From: Saprospira grandis str. Lewin | GTDB taxonomy: Bacteria; Bacteroidota; Bacteroidia; Chitinophagales; Saprospiraceae | Length of the DNA stretch: 64,000 bases | Assembly (NCBI RefSeq): GCF_000250635.1 | Contig: NC_016940.1 | Span: 1,032,995-1,096,994, forward strand | Direction of reading: 5' to 3' | Shown here: piece by piece, positions 19,201-28,447 of the stretch | Layout: every line of letters begins with the position of its first letter | Numbering within the stretch: position 1 is the first letter of the stretch | Made by a program: the position numbers and the translations under genes | Notes under the pieces: model-generated | The model's input: only the letters and a program-made list of their open reading frames with translations | Database searches by the model: none | Told to the model about the DNA's origin: nothing

Positions 19201-19445
19201 GATACATCCAAATAGCCCTTTTTCATTTTATCCTGTAGCAATTTATTGTACAGACTGCGGGCCTTGGTTTCATCTACAGGCGTGGGCGTTTTGCTGCCCT
19301 CTCTTAAGGGGCCGCCCGTTTTCCCATAACGGAAATTAACTAGAAAGGCCCCTGCTTCCAATTCGCAAAGGTCTACTTCATATACTTTATCAGAATTGCC
19401 CTGCTTAAAATGCAGGCGCTTTTGTTCTATTAGCTTCATCGGCAA
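16269..19445 (-). CDS. large alpha-helical protein with an N-terminal WGR-like domain (MolR/DUF4132-type partner of SWIM proteins)
   Basis: N-terminus KRLHFKQGNSDKVYEVDL..VNFRYGKTGG....LYNKLLQDKMKKGYLD fits the WGR domain pattern. 1058 aa, mostly helical. Only 11 nt separate it from the SWIM gene. Confidence 0.5.
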   Translation of the reverse strand: MPMKLIEQKRLHFKQGNSDKVYEVDLCELEAGAFLVNFRYGKTGGPLREGSKTPTPVDETKARSLYNKLLQDKMKKGYLDVSEKSQAKQVAAIQPPDKSLEGAEAQAAWILYHLQLAQLDPAAQKARNWKLSRVAWRAASLNIKAAGPYCWALFEQNHRGKSIDDMELYSLLWATAQLDTAVEDPSNLLTFWRSKKKAPTAKKLAPFVYWELADAAGQQALLEEELPKLPELWQKALDRKDNDALAYQLRKAKGDKSMEQAFAMLYLLSPAMPYCRKTLVEVICEMEFRPNSFRLLRRLFKMATFRKDAQFWGALAYRFEKASPQYRMPRRNNQYVWVSYNRMRPKDELKKENSRLAFSNLTKDYFSDYMRKELDQLGQKGNIAYVAMATSLLLQYDDSRDGRTDRREKNWRFDNKKQRWIASVYHYPSYSKELIFNEVLYANSQRYVYSPMKQEWVYGKHYDPDMPLPAPLSETKYADLWRQEPKAFLHLMAEAKSQKVLEFAHTAFMAHPEAKSLQKRLGLSYWKQLLSRPYQPLQTWALQEIVANYEKSGKPTAILLYLLDHDYAKAREQALAWLEADFFDYFADLDLVYSLLLHQRKDLRNWAQEALGRIVEVYEAAKRQALLGRLLGFLLRSGQDQQMLMTEVESLLKSYFVEETQQLSLDLIGKFLRLPLAQQQAFGLHLLKGHAAEATQIPFEDIQYLFGKTADYWRYGLELLRHSSEQKLLQEGDFLLGLLEHPEEDVRLASREVLAPLYAQNQAFAVTQMQALLRKLIRKEKIEGLHALFADILTSELEGHLAEVDRKFIFRLLNAKYAPAQELAAVLIDRYIPYDSLSVANTVRLANHEIVAVRELAWKMFKEQKDRMRYEREEALRLLDVDWADSRQFAFDFFGQSYTADDWNPSLMVGICDSVRQDVQQFGRQLITRFFEEEDGPMYLEQLSQHPRPELQLYATNYLERFGAGHPERILSLRDYFYTVLAQVNKGRMAKDRIWSFLTKEAKASFEVAQFLSDLATFISATAAIGDKEQAVIVLRDLQDQYPLLEQPIAIHDYPTQS

Positions 19446-19699
19446 AAGGATAAAATGGGCTTTTTAGGGCCTTGGTCTTAATTTGTAGCTCATATTATCG
19501 CTTTTTGATGACATTAGCGAGTTTTTTAAGCAAAAAAAGGGGATTTTTTCTTACTGCTGAGAGAAAGAAAGGTAAAAAATCGAAAGGCTGCTATATTTCG
19601 CTTCTAAGCGCCTATAGTTAAACTGTAGTAGGGTCGGTCCAGAAAAAAAAGATAGGGCATTTTAGATACGCCCGGAGGAGTTTTGCAGTTGCAGATTAG

Positions 19700-20034
19700 C
19701 TCCGGGGATTCCCCAGAGCTGTTTGTAAGCTGCAGCAGCGCCCTAGACGGTTATTTCTCTCTAAAAAAACCGCCAACAGCACCCCTGAGGGATTCCTTAG
19801 GGAATCCCGAGGAGGGGCGGGTGGGCGGGGTCGTGAAAACGAATGAGGAGCGCAGCGACGAATACCGCTTTTCTGCGAAGGCCCGCAGGGCCGCTGAGGG
19901 CCCAGCGCTGCGGAGCGGGTGGCCGAAGGCCAGACCGAAGCAGGCGAAGCCTGCGCAGGGCCGAGCGAGCAGCGAGCCCCGCAGCATAGCGGCGGCCGCC
20001 CGCCCTTTTTGGGGCGGCCGCGGGCCCCAAAAAC
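19700..20034. repeat. GC-rich REP-like element (composite) including the gggattccttagggaatccc palindrome variant
   Basis: Shares cores with the other copies. The same palindrome variant occurs at 56930..56990. Confidence 0.75.
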
Positions 20035-20137
20035 ATAAAAATCAAAATAAACTTTCCTTTAAATCATAACAGAATGCCCGCATCCCTTGGACGATTCTGT
20101 ATCTTAGGAGCTCATTCAGCAAAACAAACCATCGCTT

Positions 20138-21370
20138 ATGCGCCAACTTATTTCATGGGCCTTTATTCTGGCCCTACCGGCTTGTCTTTGGAGCCAAGAC
20201 CTTGGTCAAGAACTGCAAAAACTAGAAGCTCAAAAGCAAAGCCTAGACGAACAAAAAGCCGCCCTTATTGAGCAAATTGAAAACGTCCGCCTACAAAAGA
20301 TTCGAGCTGATTTGAAAAAAGTGGGCTTGCCAAAAAATGGCGTAGCAGGGGAACTGGTAGAGCATGCCGCCATGATTCTGAACTATTCGGAGGCCCATGA
20401 ACAGGCCGCTTGGGTGGCCCATATTATTCCGCCCGCCGTGATGGAAGGCAACCTGAGCCGAACCAATGATTTTAGAGCAGATGAGCTAGTCAGTACAGGA
20501 ACGGCGGTAAAAGCCGACTACTGGTATAGTGGTTACGACCGTGGGCATTTGGCCCCTTCTGCGGATTTCCGCTGGTCCAAAACAGCCATTAGTGAGTCCT
20601 ATTATTACTCTAACATGAGCCCCCAATTGCCCGAATTTAACCGAGAGGGCTGGGCCGATTTGGAGCGATGGGTCCGAGGAGCCGTCTTTTCTCACAAACG
20701 CTCTATGTTGGTCATTACTGGCCCTATTTTGAAAGAGGGCTTGCCCCAAATTACCCAAGGCCCCAATAAAGTAAGCATTCCCGAAGCCTTTTTCAAGGTG
20801 GTTCTGGACCTAGAGGCCGAGCAGCCCAAGGCTATCGGTTTTATCATGAAAAATGGCAGCTGCAACAACCCCACAATCAGCTATGCCGTCTCGGTAGATG
20901 AGGTGGAGGCCCAAACGGGCTTGGATTTCTTTAGCAATTTGCCCGAAGAGGAAGAAAAACGCCTAGAAGCCATGAAGGCCCCTTCTAGCTGGGAGAAAAC
21001 GACGGAAGGTCGCTTGGCCGATGTTCCTCCCCTCAGCAATGAGGAATTGCCCAAGGATTGTATCAGCACCGCCGATGCCCCCGTCTTTATGAACCAAAAA
21101 GCCTGCGTTTGCGGCACAGTGGTATCCACCAAGAAAACCAAGTCGGGCTCTGTCTTTATCAATCTGGACACAAAATTTCCCAACCAGATTTTTTCCGTAA
21201 CCATCTGGGGCAAGGACATCAAGCATTTTTCTTATTCGCCAGAGACGGAACTCTATGGCAAGCAGATTTGTGTAAAGGGGAAAATTACAGATTACAAAGG
21301 GACCCCGACCATGAATATCACTCATGAAAAGAAGGTGGAATTTATGGAGGAGATGCCAGATAAGAAGTAG
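20138..21370 (+). CDS. nucA: secreted DNA/RNA non-specific endonuclease (Serratia NucA/EndoG family) with a C-terminal extension of about 120 aa
   Basis: Signal peptide MRQLISWAFILALPACLWSQ. The GYDRGHLAP DRGH catalytic motif is present, with NxS...N downstream. Confidence 0.75.
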   Translation: MRQLISWAFILALPACLWSQDLGQELQKLEAQKQSLDEQKAALIEQIENVRLQKIRADLKKVGLPKNGVAGELVEHAAMILNYSEAHEQAAWVAHIIPPAVMEGNLSRTNDFRADELVSTGTAVKADYWYSGYDRGHLAPSADFRWSKTAISESYYYSNMSPQLPEFNREGWADLERWVRGAVFSHKRSMLVITGPILKEGLPQITQGPNKVSIPEAFFKVVLDLEAEQPKAIGFIMKNGSCNNPTISYAVSVDEVEAQTGLDFFSNLPEEEEKRLEAMKAPSSWEKTTEGRLADVPPLSNEELPKDCISTADAPVFMNQKACVCGTVVSTKKTKSGSVFINLDTKFPNQIFSVTIWGKDIKHFSYSPETELYGKQICVKGKITDYKGTPTMNITHEKKVEFMEEMPDKK

Positions 21371-21372
21371 GA

Positions 21373-21535
21373 TTTGGGGCTGCCCCTCGCCTATCGGCTC
21401 GGGTCGGGCCATTGCGCAGCTCGCTACTCGCTCGGCCCTGCAGGCTTTTTCGCTACGCTTCAAAAGCCTTTGGTCTGCCGCCTTCGGCGGCCCTGCTACA
21501 GCCCCTCAGCCTGCGGCCCTTCGGGCCTGTCCCAT
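21373..21535. repeat. GC-rich REP-like element
   Basis: tttggggctgcccc...gggtcgggccattgcgcagctcgc...ggtctgccgccttcggcggccctgctacagcccctcagcc. Confidence 0.8.
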
Positions 21536-21555
21536 CCAAAAAATCAATCCATCGC

Positions 21556-22362
21556 ATGAATTACCAAGAACAATTTGCGGCCAATAAGGCCGTTTGGGAG
21601 CAAAGAGCGGCTTTGCATCCAGAAACTGAGTTTTATCAGCAAGATGCTTTTATGCAAGGGCAAACGAGTCTGCAGTCTATAGAGCTCTCCTTATTGGAGG
21701 CCAACTTATCGGGCAAAAGAGTCTTGCATCTGCAATGTCATTTTGGGCAAGATAGTCTATCTTTGGCCCGCATGGGCGCAGAAGTCGTGGGCCTAGACCT
21801 CTCCGAAACCGCCATTGCCAAGGCCCAAAGCCTAGCCGAAGCGCTCAATCTCAATGCCCATTTTTACCAAGGCAATGTACTAGACGCTCAAGAGATTTTG
21901 GCCCAAGAAGCCCCCTTTGATCTCATCTTTTGTTCTTATGGGGTCGTTTATTGGCTGCCCGATCTGCTGCAATGGGGCCAAGAAATAGGGCCCTTACTCA
22001 AAAGAGGCGGAGAATTTATGCTGGTCGAGTTTCACCCTATCGTCTGGATGTTTGATGACAACTTTAGCTACATCCAATATAGCTACTTTGACCAAGGCGC
22101 TATTGAAACCGAAGAAGAGGGCAGCTATGCCAAGCGAGAAGCCGAGATCTCAGGAAAATCTTATGGCTGGAACCACAGCCTTTCCGAAATGACCGCCGCC
22201 TTAACCGAAGGAGCAGGCTGGCAGCTCAGTTACCTCAAAGAATATAAGTTTTCGCCTTACAATTGCTTTAATAATACTGTAGCTCATCCCGAAGGCTACC
22301 AAATCAAGGGCCTAGAGGATAAAATCCCTATGGTGTTTGCTTTGGGGGCCCAACGGCCCTAG
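21556..22362 (+). CDS. class I SAM-dependent methyltransferase
   Basis: GKRVLHLQCHFGQDS...VVGLDLSETAI fits motif I / post I. Start moved to MNYQEQ because the upstream 48 codons of ORF 21412.. lie inside the REP element. Confidence 0.6.
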   Translation: MNYQEQFAANKAVWEQRAALHPETEFYQQDAFMQGQTSLQSIELSLLEANLSGKRVLHLQCHFGQDSLSLARMGAEVVGLDLSETAIAKAQSLAEALNLNAHFYQGNVLDAQEILAQEAPFDLIFCSYGVVYWLPDLLQWGQEIGPLLKRGGEFMLVEFHPIVWMFDDNFSYIQYSYFDQGAIETEEEGSYAKREAEISGKSYGWNHSLSEMTAALTEGAGWQLSYLKEYKFSPYNCFNNTVAHPEGYQIKGLEDKIPMVFALGAQRP

Positions 22363-22426
22363 CGAAAAAGCAAAAAGGGGCAGTCGCCAATGGCGACTGC
22401 CCCTTTTCTATTGGGCCAAAAATGAT

Positions 22427-23728
22427 TTAGTTGGCTAAGCCCACAATCAACTCTTGGTCAATACTCGCCTTTTCTGTAGGCAACTTATTGATTTGGACCA
22501 ATTGCGTCATTGTCAGGCCGTACTTTTTGGCAATATCATAAAGATTTTCGCCTTGTCGGACCACATGCACCTTATACTTCTTCCCTGATTTCTCATCGGT
22601 GCGGATATAAGGGTTGGGGTCTACATAACTTCCATCATTCACCACCTTAATTCGGCGACCTCTATCAATAGTAGTCGAGTTCAGGCCATTGAGCCCCATG
22701 AGAACATCTACTCTGGTATTATATTTCTCGGCAATCTTATAGAGATTATCATTCTCTTGCACGATATAATAGTTGGGGTCATTATTGACCACAGCAGGCG
22801 TTTTTTCGCTAGTTTTCTTCTCGGCAGGGCCAGCTTGTTTTTTTGTTTCGGCTGGAATAGGTTCTGCATCAAAAGGAGAGCGGAGGCCACCATGCATAAC
22901 TCCCTTTCGAGCTTTTTGCTCTTCGACAGAAGTCACCCCAGCTCTTTTCTTTTGCTCATTGGCTGACTTAGTTCCTCGGCTAGCAATGCCATTTTCCTCC
23001 TGCATTTTTTGGTAGCAAAGGGCTCGAATATGTTCGGGGATTGTTTTTTTGTCTATTCTTTTCAGTTGGAGGCTACCATTTGCTTGTTGGACCAGATAAA
23101 GCCCAATTCCCTCTAAAAAATAGAGGTTTTCAGAAAGGCGGGCTTGCAGGCGGTCAAAAGAGCGAAACTGTCGCTGTTTGAGGCAGCCCAATTGGTCATT
23201 ATCTACAAAAAGGACCTTTCCTTCAGGGGTAGCGTCTAGATCTTCGCCGCTATTGATTTGGTTGGCGGCATAGACAAAGCTATGTCGGCGGTCCTTATAA
23301 CTCAGTTGCTTATCATTTTCGGTATAGCTAGCAATCTGGCTCACCTGATGGATATGATAGCGTTTAGTTTGTTCATTATAAACGGCAATATTCACTGATT
23401 TTTTCAGGCTATTGACCTCTTGAATAAACTGGCCATTGATAGTAGTTAAATCTGCACAGCCTAGGGCCTTTTGGGGAAGAGCTTCTAAGAGTTCGGCATT
23501 CAGGTTAGTGGTTTTTACCCTAAAGGCCAGCTTTTGTTTTGGGGAAACCTGCAACATAAAATCATGAAAGGCCGATTCTGTATATTTATCGACAGCCTGA
23601 TATTCATATTCCTGCATACAATTGGCATCAAAAAGCAGAATATTTTCGCTAGAGGTTTGGGCTTGGGCGAGGCTAGCGCCTAGGGTGGCGGCAGCCAATA
23701 AAAAGGATTTCCAAAGACGTTTTTTCAT
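22427..23728 (-). CDS. secreted protein with two C-terminal LysM peptidoglycan-binding domains
   Basis: Signal peptide MKKRLWKSFLLAAATLGASLAQAQ. Two LysM repeats: YIVQENDNLYKIAEKYNTRVDVLMGLNGL and YKVHVVRQGENLYDIAKKYGLTMTQLVQINKL. Confidence 0.65.
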   Translation of the reverse strand: MKKRLWKSFLLAAATLGASLAQAQTSSENILLFDANCMQEYEYQAVDKYTESAFHDFMLQVSPKQKLAFRVKTTNLNAELLEALPQKALGCADLTTINGQFIQEVNSLKKSVNIAVYNEQTKRYHIHQVSQIASYTENDKQLSYKDRRHSFVYAANQINSGEDLDATPEGKVLFVDNDQLGCLKQRQFRSFDRLQARLSENLYFLEGIGLYLVQQANGSLQLKRIDKKTIPEHIRALCYQKMQEENGIASRGTKSANEQKKRAGVTSVEEQKARKGVMHGGLRSPFDAEPIPAETKKQAGPAEKKTSEKTPAVVNNDPNYYIVQENDNLYKIAEKYNTRVDVLMGLNGLNSTTIDRGRRIKVVNDGSYVDPNPYIRTDEKSGKKYKVHVVRQGENLYDIAKKYGLTMTQLVQINKLPTEKASIDQELIVGLAN

Positions 23729-23757
23729 AGTGCTAATTTTGTATGTGATGGGGAACT

Positions 23758-24402
23758 TTAGCTTAGCCAAAGCAGGCGAAGCCAAAACAATAAACCTGAA
23801 ATAATTAGGCCAAAGCTAGCGACCCAACGTATTCGCTTCAGCCAAAGTTCATTTAGCAATTGGCGGAGTCGGCTAGCCAGAAAAACTTTTAAAAAGTCGG
23901 TTAGGATGACCATGAGCATAATAGCCACACCAAAAAAGACGAGATCTGTTTGGCTGTAGCCTCTGCTGTAGGCCGTCCCGATACTTGTGAACCAAAAGAA
24001 GAGTGGAAAAGGGGTTAAGCTGTTAATCAGAAAGCCTTGTAGGAAATACTGTCCCGCTTGCTTATTGCTCAGGGGTTCTTCCTTGGTTTTGGCTTTGGAC
24101 TGGGGGCTAAACAGCAGCAGCAGGCCTAAAAGAATAAGAAAAGCGCCGCCGCCTAAGCTCAGGTAAAACTCTAGGTCTTGCCCTAACTCACTTTCTTTGG
24201 TCCAAGAAATTAAGAACTTTGCTAAATAGCTACTAATAGCAATATAAATAAAATCGCTGATCCATTGGCCAGCCACTAGGGCAATTCCTGAGCGACTGCC
24301 TTTTTCTATACTCACTTGTAGAATAGTAAAGAAAATGGGTCCGGTCATGATGCTAAGTAATAGGCCGAGGCCCAAACCTTCCAGAATTGCTTGCGTGAGC
24401 AT
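23758..24402 (-). CDS. LysE/RhtB-family amino-acid exporter-like membrane protein
   Basis: 214 aa with 6 TM helices and a LysE-like N-terminus LEGLGLGLLLSIMTGPIFFTILQ. Confidence 0.5.
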   Translation of the reverse strand: MLTQAILEGLGLGLLLSIMTGPIFFTILQVSIEKGSRSGIALVAGQWISDFIYIAISSYLAKFLISWTKESELGQDLEFYLSLGGGAFLILLGLLLLFSPQSKAKTKEEPLSNKQAGQYFLQGFLINSLTPFPLFFWFTSIGTAYSRGYSQTDLVFFGVAIMLMVILTDFLKVFLASRLRQLLNELWLKRIRWVASFGLIISGLLFWLRLLWLS

Positions 24403-24555
24403 TATTAACTACTTTAATATAGATGATAAAAAAAGGGGGAAGGGATGTATCCGCCCGCAAAGGTAGGCTTGTTTTTAGCTTTCCTTTGTCCTCTTTAGCA
24501 AAAAGGGATCAAAAAAGTTTGTTAAAAAAGCAGATTTTGGCCCAATTGCGTCTAG

Positions 24556-24707
24556 CAGGCGGCAAAGCCGCCGCAGGCTGAGCTGCCTGTAGGGGGGCCG
24601 AAGGCCAGACCAAGTTTTTGAGCGCAGCGAAAAAACGCAGGGCCGAGCAGAACTGCGAGCCCGAAAGGGAGCGACCCGAGCGAAGCGAAGGGGCAGCCCC
24701 AAAAAAA
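24556..24707. repeat. GC-rich REP-like element
   Basis: Contains ggcggcaaagccgccgcagg and gggccgagcagaactgcgagccc, ending gggcagccccaaaaaaa. Confidence 0.75.
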
Positions 24708-24711
24708 TCAT

Positions 24712-25962
24712 CTAGTTCTTATCTAAGGAGAACAGCTGCCAATCATCATTTTTGCTGCGGCGATAGAGAAAATTCTTGCGGGGGCCCAGCTTAAAATGAT
24801 AATCCTTGAGCGGGGCACATTCGCCCTCATGGTTGCATTCGTAATAAATGGGCAGGTCAAAAACCTGGATGCGCCAGGGCCCCTCTTTTTGTTCCTCGCA
24901 AAAATAAAGGGCCGTTTTTTGGCTATACTCCTCAAAATTTACGGCCACAAATAGGCAACTCAGTCGGCCATTTTTCTTGCGCCAAATCACGGTAGACAAG
25001 CCCTCTAGGGTAGAGAGTTGAGGCAAAAGGACCTGTTGTTTATCGGCATTAAAATCATAGAGTCGAAACTGGTTGTGGGGATGGTCCATATACAGCAAAT
25101 AATGGCCATCATTGGAGAGTGAAGTGATGGGCGAACAAAGCAGGGCATCATGAATGTTTTTGGGCATTTTGATTACATGCCCCGCTATATCCTCTATAAT
25201 ATAAGCCTTGCAACCCTCCTCATGAGCCACCACCTCAAACAGGCGTTTTGCCCCCTTGAGTTTGCCCACAACGCCGCCCTTATGGGCCTCTTCCTCCTCC
25301 TCATGCACATCTTCATCTAGCACCTTCTTAAACTCCTCAATGCCCTTATCCCAGCTAAATTCGAGCAAGTGATTCTGTCGGCCCTCAATGGTGCCACGCA
25401 GCAAAATATTGCCCTCAAAAAACTCTGGGGTCACCAAATAATCAATCCGCCTTTCGTGTAAGGGCAGGCCATATTTTTGGTCAAAAGAATCTACATGTTC
25501 CCACTGTTGTTGTAGGGGGAAGCTAAAAATTTCTTCTTGTCGAAGCGTATCAAAGGGATAGCGAAAAATGACCAGCTCCTTGCCCTGATAAGAGAGGTCA
25601 AAATCATAATGCAAATACACCAAAAGCTCCAAATTGCCGTCATAGGTCACATCCTCAAAATGCAGTTCTGTAATTTTGGCCTTTTGCTTATGCCTAAGGG
25701 AAATATGATGGCTATGTTCCCGAGCATTTTCGGACCGAAACAAATAAACCGCAGGCAATTTATGCACCTTATTATAGGCCACCAACCAATGGTGCTCACT
25801 ATCCTGCATCACCTGCTTAATCCCAATGCCCAAAGTATCTTTCAAGCGAAACTCTTTTTGAGCCCGCTGCTTGGCCTCGGCAATACTGAGCGAAAGCGGG
25901 GCATCACAGGCCCAAAAACTGCAAAAAAAGAGGCCAAAAACAAGATAATATAGAAAGCGCAT
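24712..25962 (-). CDS. secreted hypothetical protein
   Basis: Signal peptide MRFLYYLVFGLFFCSFWACDA; 416 aa; no family recognised. Confidence 0.5.
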   Translation of the reverse strand: MRFLYYLVFGLFFCSFWACDAPLSLSIAEAKQRAQKEFRLKDTLGIGIKQVMQDSEHHWLVAYNKVHKLPAVYLFRSENAREHSHHISLRHKQKAKITELHFEDVTYDGNLELLVYLHYDFDLSYQGKELVIFRYPFDTLRQEEIFSFPLQQQWEHVDSFDQKYGLPLHERRIDYLVTPEFFEGNILLRGTIEGRQNHLLEFSWDKGIEEFKKVLDEDVHEEEEEAHKGGVVGKLKGAKRLFEVVAHEEGCKAYIIEDIAGHVIKMPKNIHDALLCSPITSLSNDGHYLLYMDHPHNQFRLYDFNADKQQVLLPQLSTLEGLSTVIWRKKNGRLSCLFVAVNFEEYSQKTALYFCEEQKEGPWRIQVFDLPIYYECNHEGECAPLKDYHFKLGPRKNFLYRRSKNDDWQLFSLDKN

Positions 25963-26023
25963 AGACTAATTTATATAGATAGGCGTTGGAGAAAGAGCTT
26001 CAAAAGAATGTTTATTTTATTTT

Positions 26024-26160
26024 TTTGGGGCCTCCCGCCTGCGGCGGGCGCTACGTTCCGCAGCTCGCAGGTCTGCTCGGCCCTGCAGCGCTTTCAGCGC
26101 TTTGGTCTGGCCCTACGGGCCACTGCTGCACATCGCTAGGCCAAAAGCGCCTGGCCCCAC
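26024..26160. repeat. GC-rich REP-like element
   Basis: ggggcctcccgcctgcggcgggcgctacgttccgcagctcgcaggtctgctcggccc. Confidence 0.75.
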
Positions 26161-26410
26161 AGAAAAAGCTCAGTTTTAAGTGTTTTCTCACCAACCATTA
26201 GAGCCTAGCCTCCGTTCTTAAACAAAATGGCCCCTTGGGGCCCTCTTCTTGATTCTATTAAAAAAGAACGTTATAGCGCAAACTCTACCACTTAATGAGA
26301 AGGCCTCTAAAATAGGGCAAAAAATCATTCTCAGTCCCCCCTAAGATGACCAAAAGCTGCAATTCTTGCATCTTGGTCAAAAAATCACCTTGCCAAAAGC
26401 AATTTATTGC

Positions 26411-26971
26411 ATGAGATATTCTAACAAAAGTACAGATAAAGAGCTCATCCAAGGCTGCCGCAAAGGCGACCGATTGGCCCAAAAGCATTTGTACGAAAAG
26501 TACTACGGACGAATGTATGGCATTGCTATGCGTTATACCAAAAACCAAGAGGAGGCGCTAGATATTCTTAACACCTCCTTTCTCAAGGTGTTTACCTCTT
26601 TGGACAAGTACAAAGACAGCAACAACCTTGCGGGTTGGATTGCCAAGATTGTCTTTAATAGTGCTATCGACCACGTTCGCCGAAATACCAAATACAAACA
26701 AGTCATTAACTATAATATAGAGAGAGATGGGGCCGTGCATAACGGCAGCTTGCAACAACTGCAGGCCGAGGACCTCTTCCGCTTGATTCATCGGCTCCCC
26801 AATGCTAGCCGTAGCGTCTTCAACCTCTATGTAGTAGATGGCTATAAGCACAAGGAAATTGCGGAAATGCTCGGCATTTCGGTAGGGACCTCCAAATGGC
26901 ATTTGGCCAATGCGCGCAAAGAACTTCGGAGCTTGCTCGAACAACAAAAGCGCTATGAAGCCGCCCGCTAA
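26411..26971 (+). CDS. RNA polymerase ECF-type sigma-70 factor
   Basis: Region 2 (YGIAMRYTKNQEEALDILNTSFLKVF) and region 4 (YKHKEIAEMLGISVGTSKWHLANARKELR); about 186 aa from the MRYSNK start. Confidence 0.7.
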   Translation: MRYSNKSTDKELIQGCRKGDRLAQKHLYEKYYGRMYGIAMRYTKNQEEALDILNTSFLKVFTSLDKYKDSNNLAGWIAKIVFNSAIDHVRRNTKYKQVINYNIERDGAVHNGSLQQLQAEDLFRLIHRLPNASRSVFNLYVVDGYKHKEIAEMLGISVGTSKWHLANARKELRSLLEQQKRYEAAR

Positions 26972-27029
26972 GTTGGCCCTATTTTTTGTACAAACATTAT
27001 GAACCACCCAAAATAAATCGCTTTAGCAA

Positions 27030-28370
27030 ATGAAGCAGTTTTACGAACAAGATGATGATTTTATCCGCTCTCAGTTAGAAGGCCATCAGTTTGAGATGCC
27101 GCCTGCTGCTTGGGAAGATATGGACAAAAGGCTCGACCAAATCCAGCTAACGGGAGCCAAGGGCAGTTCTGCCTGGAGCAACTGGTTGGTGATGGGCGCT
27201 TTTGTGCTCGCTAGTGGAGCTGGCGTTTTGGCCTATCAATATTGTCTGCCCTTTTTAGGGATGCAAAAAAAGATGGCCCAAAAAGAAGCCCTCTTAGAAA
27301 AAGCAGCCGAGCCCCAGCTCATTCAACTGGAAGAGCGAGCAGCTATAGCTAGCGCAGAGACAGAAGAAGTACTGCCTTTGGCAAGGGCCAGCAATACGCC
27401 TCCTCCTCCCCCACCCCATAAAACAACTAAAGAAAAAGTAGTGGCGAGTCCAGCCCCCAAGGCCCAAGAAGTTGTTCTTCTAGAAGAAGAGCAAAACACT
27501 ACAGAAAAGGGCCAGAATAAGCATCCTGAGGTCAAACAAACGATTTTGCCCACTCGCTATGTTTTCTCGGCTAGTAGTAAAGCCAAAGCCGAGCAGCTGC
27601 GTGAGATTCAGCGTTTAGAAAACTTGTCTTTTTTAGAAAAGGGCAGTTTCCAGCAGCAGTTGCGCCATAGCCAAAAAACGACTATTGATACGCCAATGAT
27701 TGTTTTGGACCGTTATCGCAAGGGCGGCAAAAAGCTACAGCTATCGGCTAGTTTGGGCCTCAATGCGCAGGGCAAAGCCCTAGGCGTTCAGGCAGGTATA
27801 CAGCTAAGCAAAGAGCTAGATGCTCAGTTTTCACTAGAAGCGGGTTTGCAGTATAAGAATATGCAGCGGCTAGGCAGCCAAAGTGAAACGGCTAGATTGG
27901 AATGGAATGGCGAGCTTCAAGAGGAGCAAATTCAGGCCATTAAGCGTTTAGAATTTTTGGAGCTGCCCGTTTTGCTCAACTACAAACTGTGGCCCAAGCA
28001 TCAGTTGCAGATGGGGGCAAAAGTTAGCTACCTCTTGCCCGTACAGATGACCAATGGCCAGCGTACTGCAGATGATTTGGGCTTTAATAGTTGGTCTTCT
28101 GCGGCTGTTTTGGGCTATCATTACCAGCTTAACGAGCAATTAAAACTGGGGGTACAATGCAATTTGGCCTTTGCCAATTTGGCCAAAAACAGCCGACAAA
28201 AAGCGCATCAGGCCAGCCAAGAAGTATCGGCCCAATTGCTAGAAGAGGACAAGCTTCCGCAGGATGAATGTCTGTTGCCAGAGCAAAATGGCAATGAGCT
28301 AGAATTGAGCAGATTGCCTCATAAGTTATACAATAACGACCTATCTATTCAGCTACAATATCAGTTTTAG
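27030..28370 (+). CDS. putative anti-sigma factor-like membrane protein
   Basis: Lies immediately downstream of the ECF sigma. Has an AWEDMDKRLDQ motif, a single TM segment (WLVMGAFVLASGAGVLAY) and a long periplasmic C-terminal domain. Confidence 0.45.
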   Translation: MKQFYEQDDDFIRSQLEGHQFEMPPAAWEDMDKRLDQIQLTGAKGSSAWSNWLVMGAFVLASGAGVLAYQYCLPFLGMQKKMAQKEALLEKAAEPQLIQLEERAAIASAETEEVLPLARASNTPPPPPPHKTTKEKVVASPAPKAQEVVLLEEEQNTTEKGQNKHPEVKQTILPTRYVFSASSKAKAEQLREIQRLENLSFLEKGSFQQQLRHSQKTTIDTPMIVLDRYRKGGKKLQLSASLGLNAQGKALGVQAGIQLSKELDAQFSLEAGLQYKNMQRLGSQSETARLEWNGELQEEQIQAIKRLEFLELPVLLNYKLWPKHQLQMGAKVSYLLPVQMTNGQRTADDLGFNSWSSAAVLGYHYQLNEQLKLGVQCNLAFANLAKNSRQKAHQASQEVSAQLLEEDKLPQDECLLPEQNGNELELSRLPHKLYNNDLSIQLQYQF

Positions 28371-28390
28371 GCTAGACAAGGCGAAACAAA

Positions 28391-28427
28391 GAAAGACCTC
28401 CAGAATTGGAGGTCTTTTTTTTTGGCC
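28391..28427 (+). terminator. rho-independent terminator
   Basis: aagacctccagaattggaggtctt followed by ttttttttt. Confidence 0.6.
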
Positions 28428-28447
28428 CAAGCGCAAGAAAATTCGGC

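Noticed and set aside
21412-21555. N-terminal 48 codons of the methyltransferase ORF, and the N-terminal 73 codons of the glycosyltransferase ORF 41835..42053
   Set aside because: These extensions lie inside REP elements and encode the repeat-derived Ala/Arg/Pro-rich peptide. Downstream internal ATGs give conventional N-termini.
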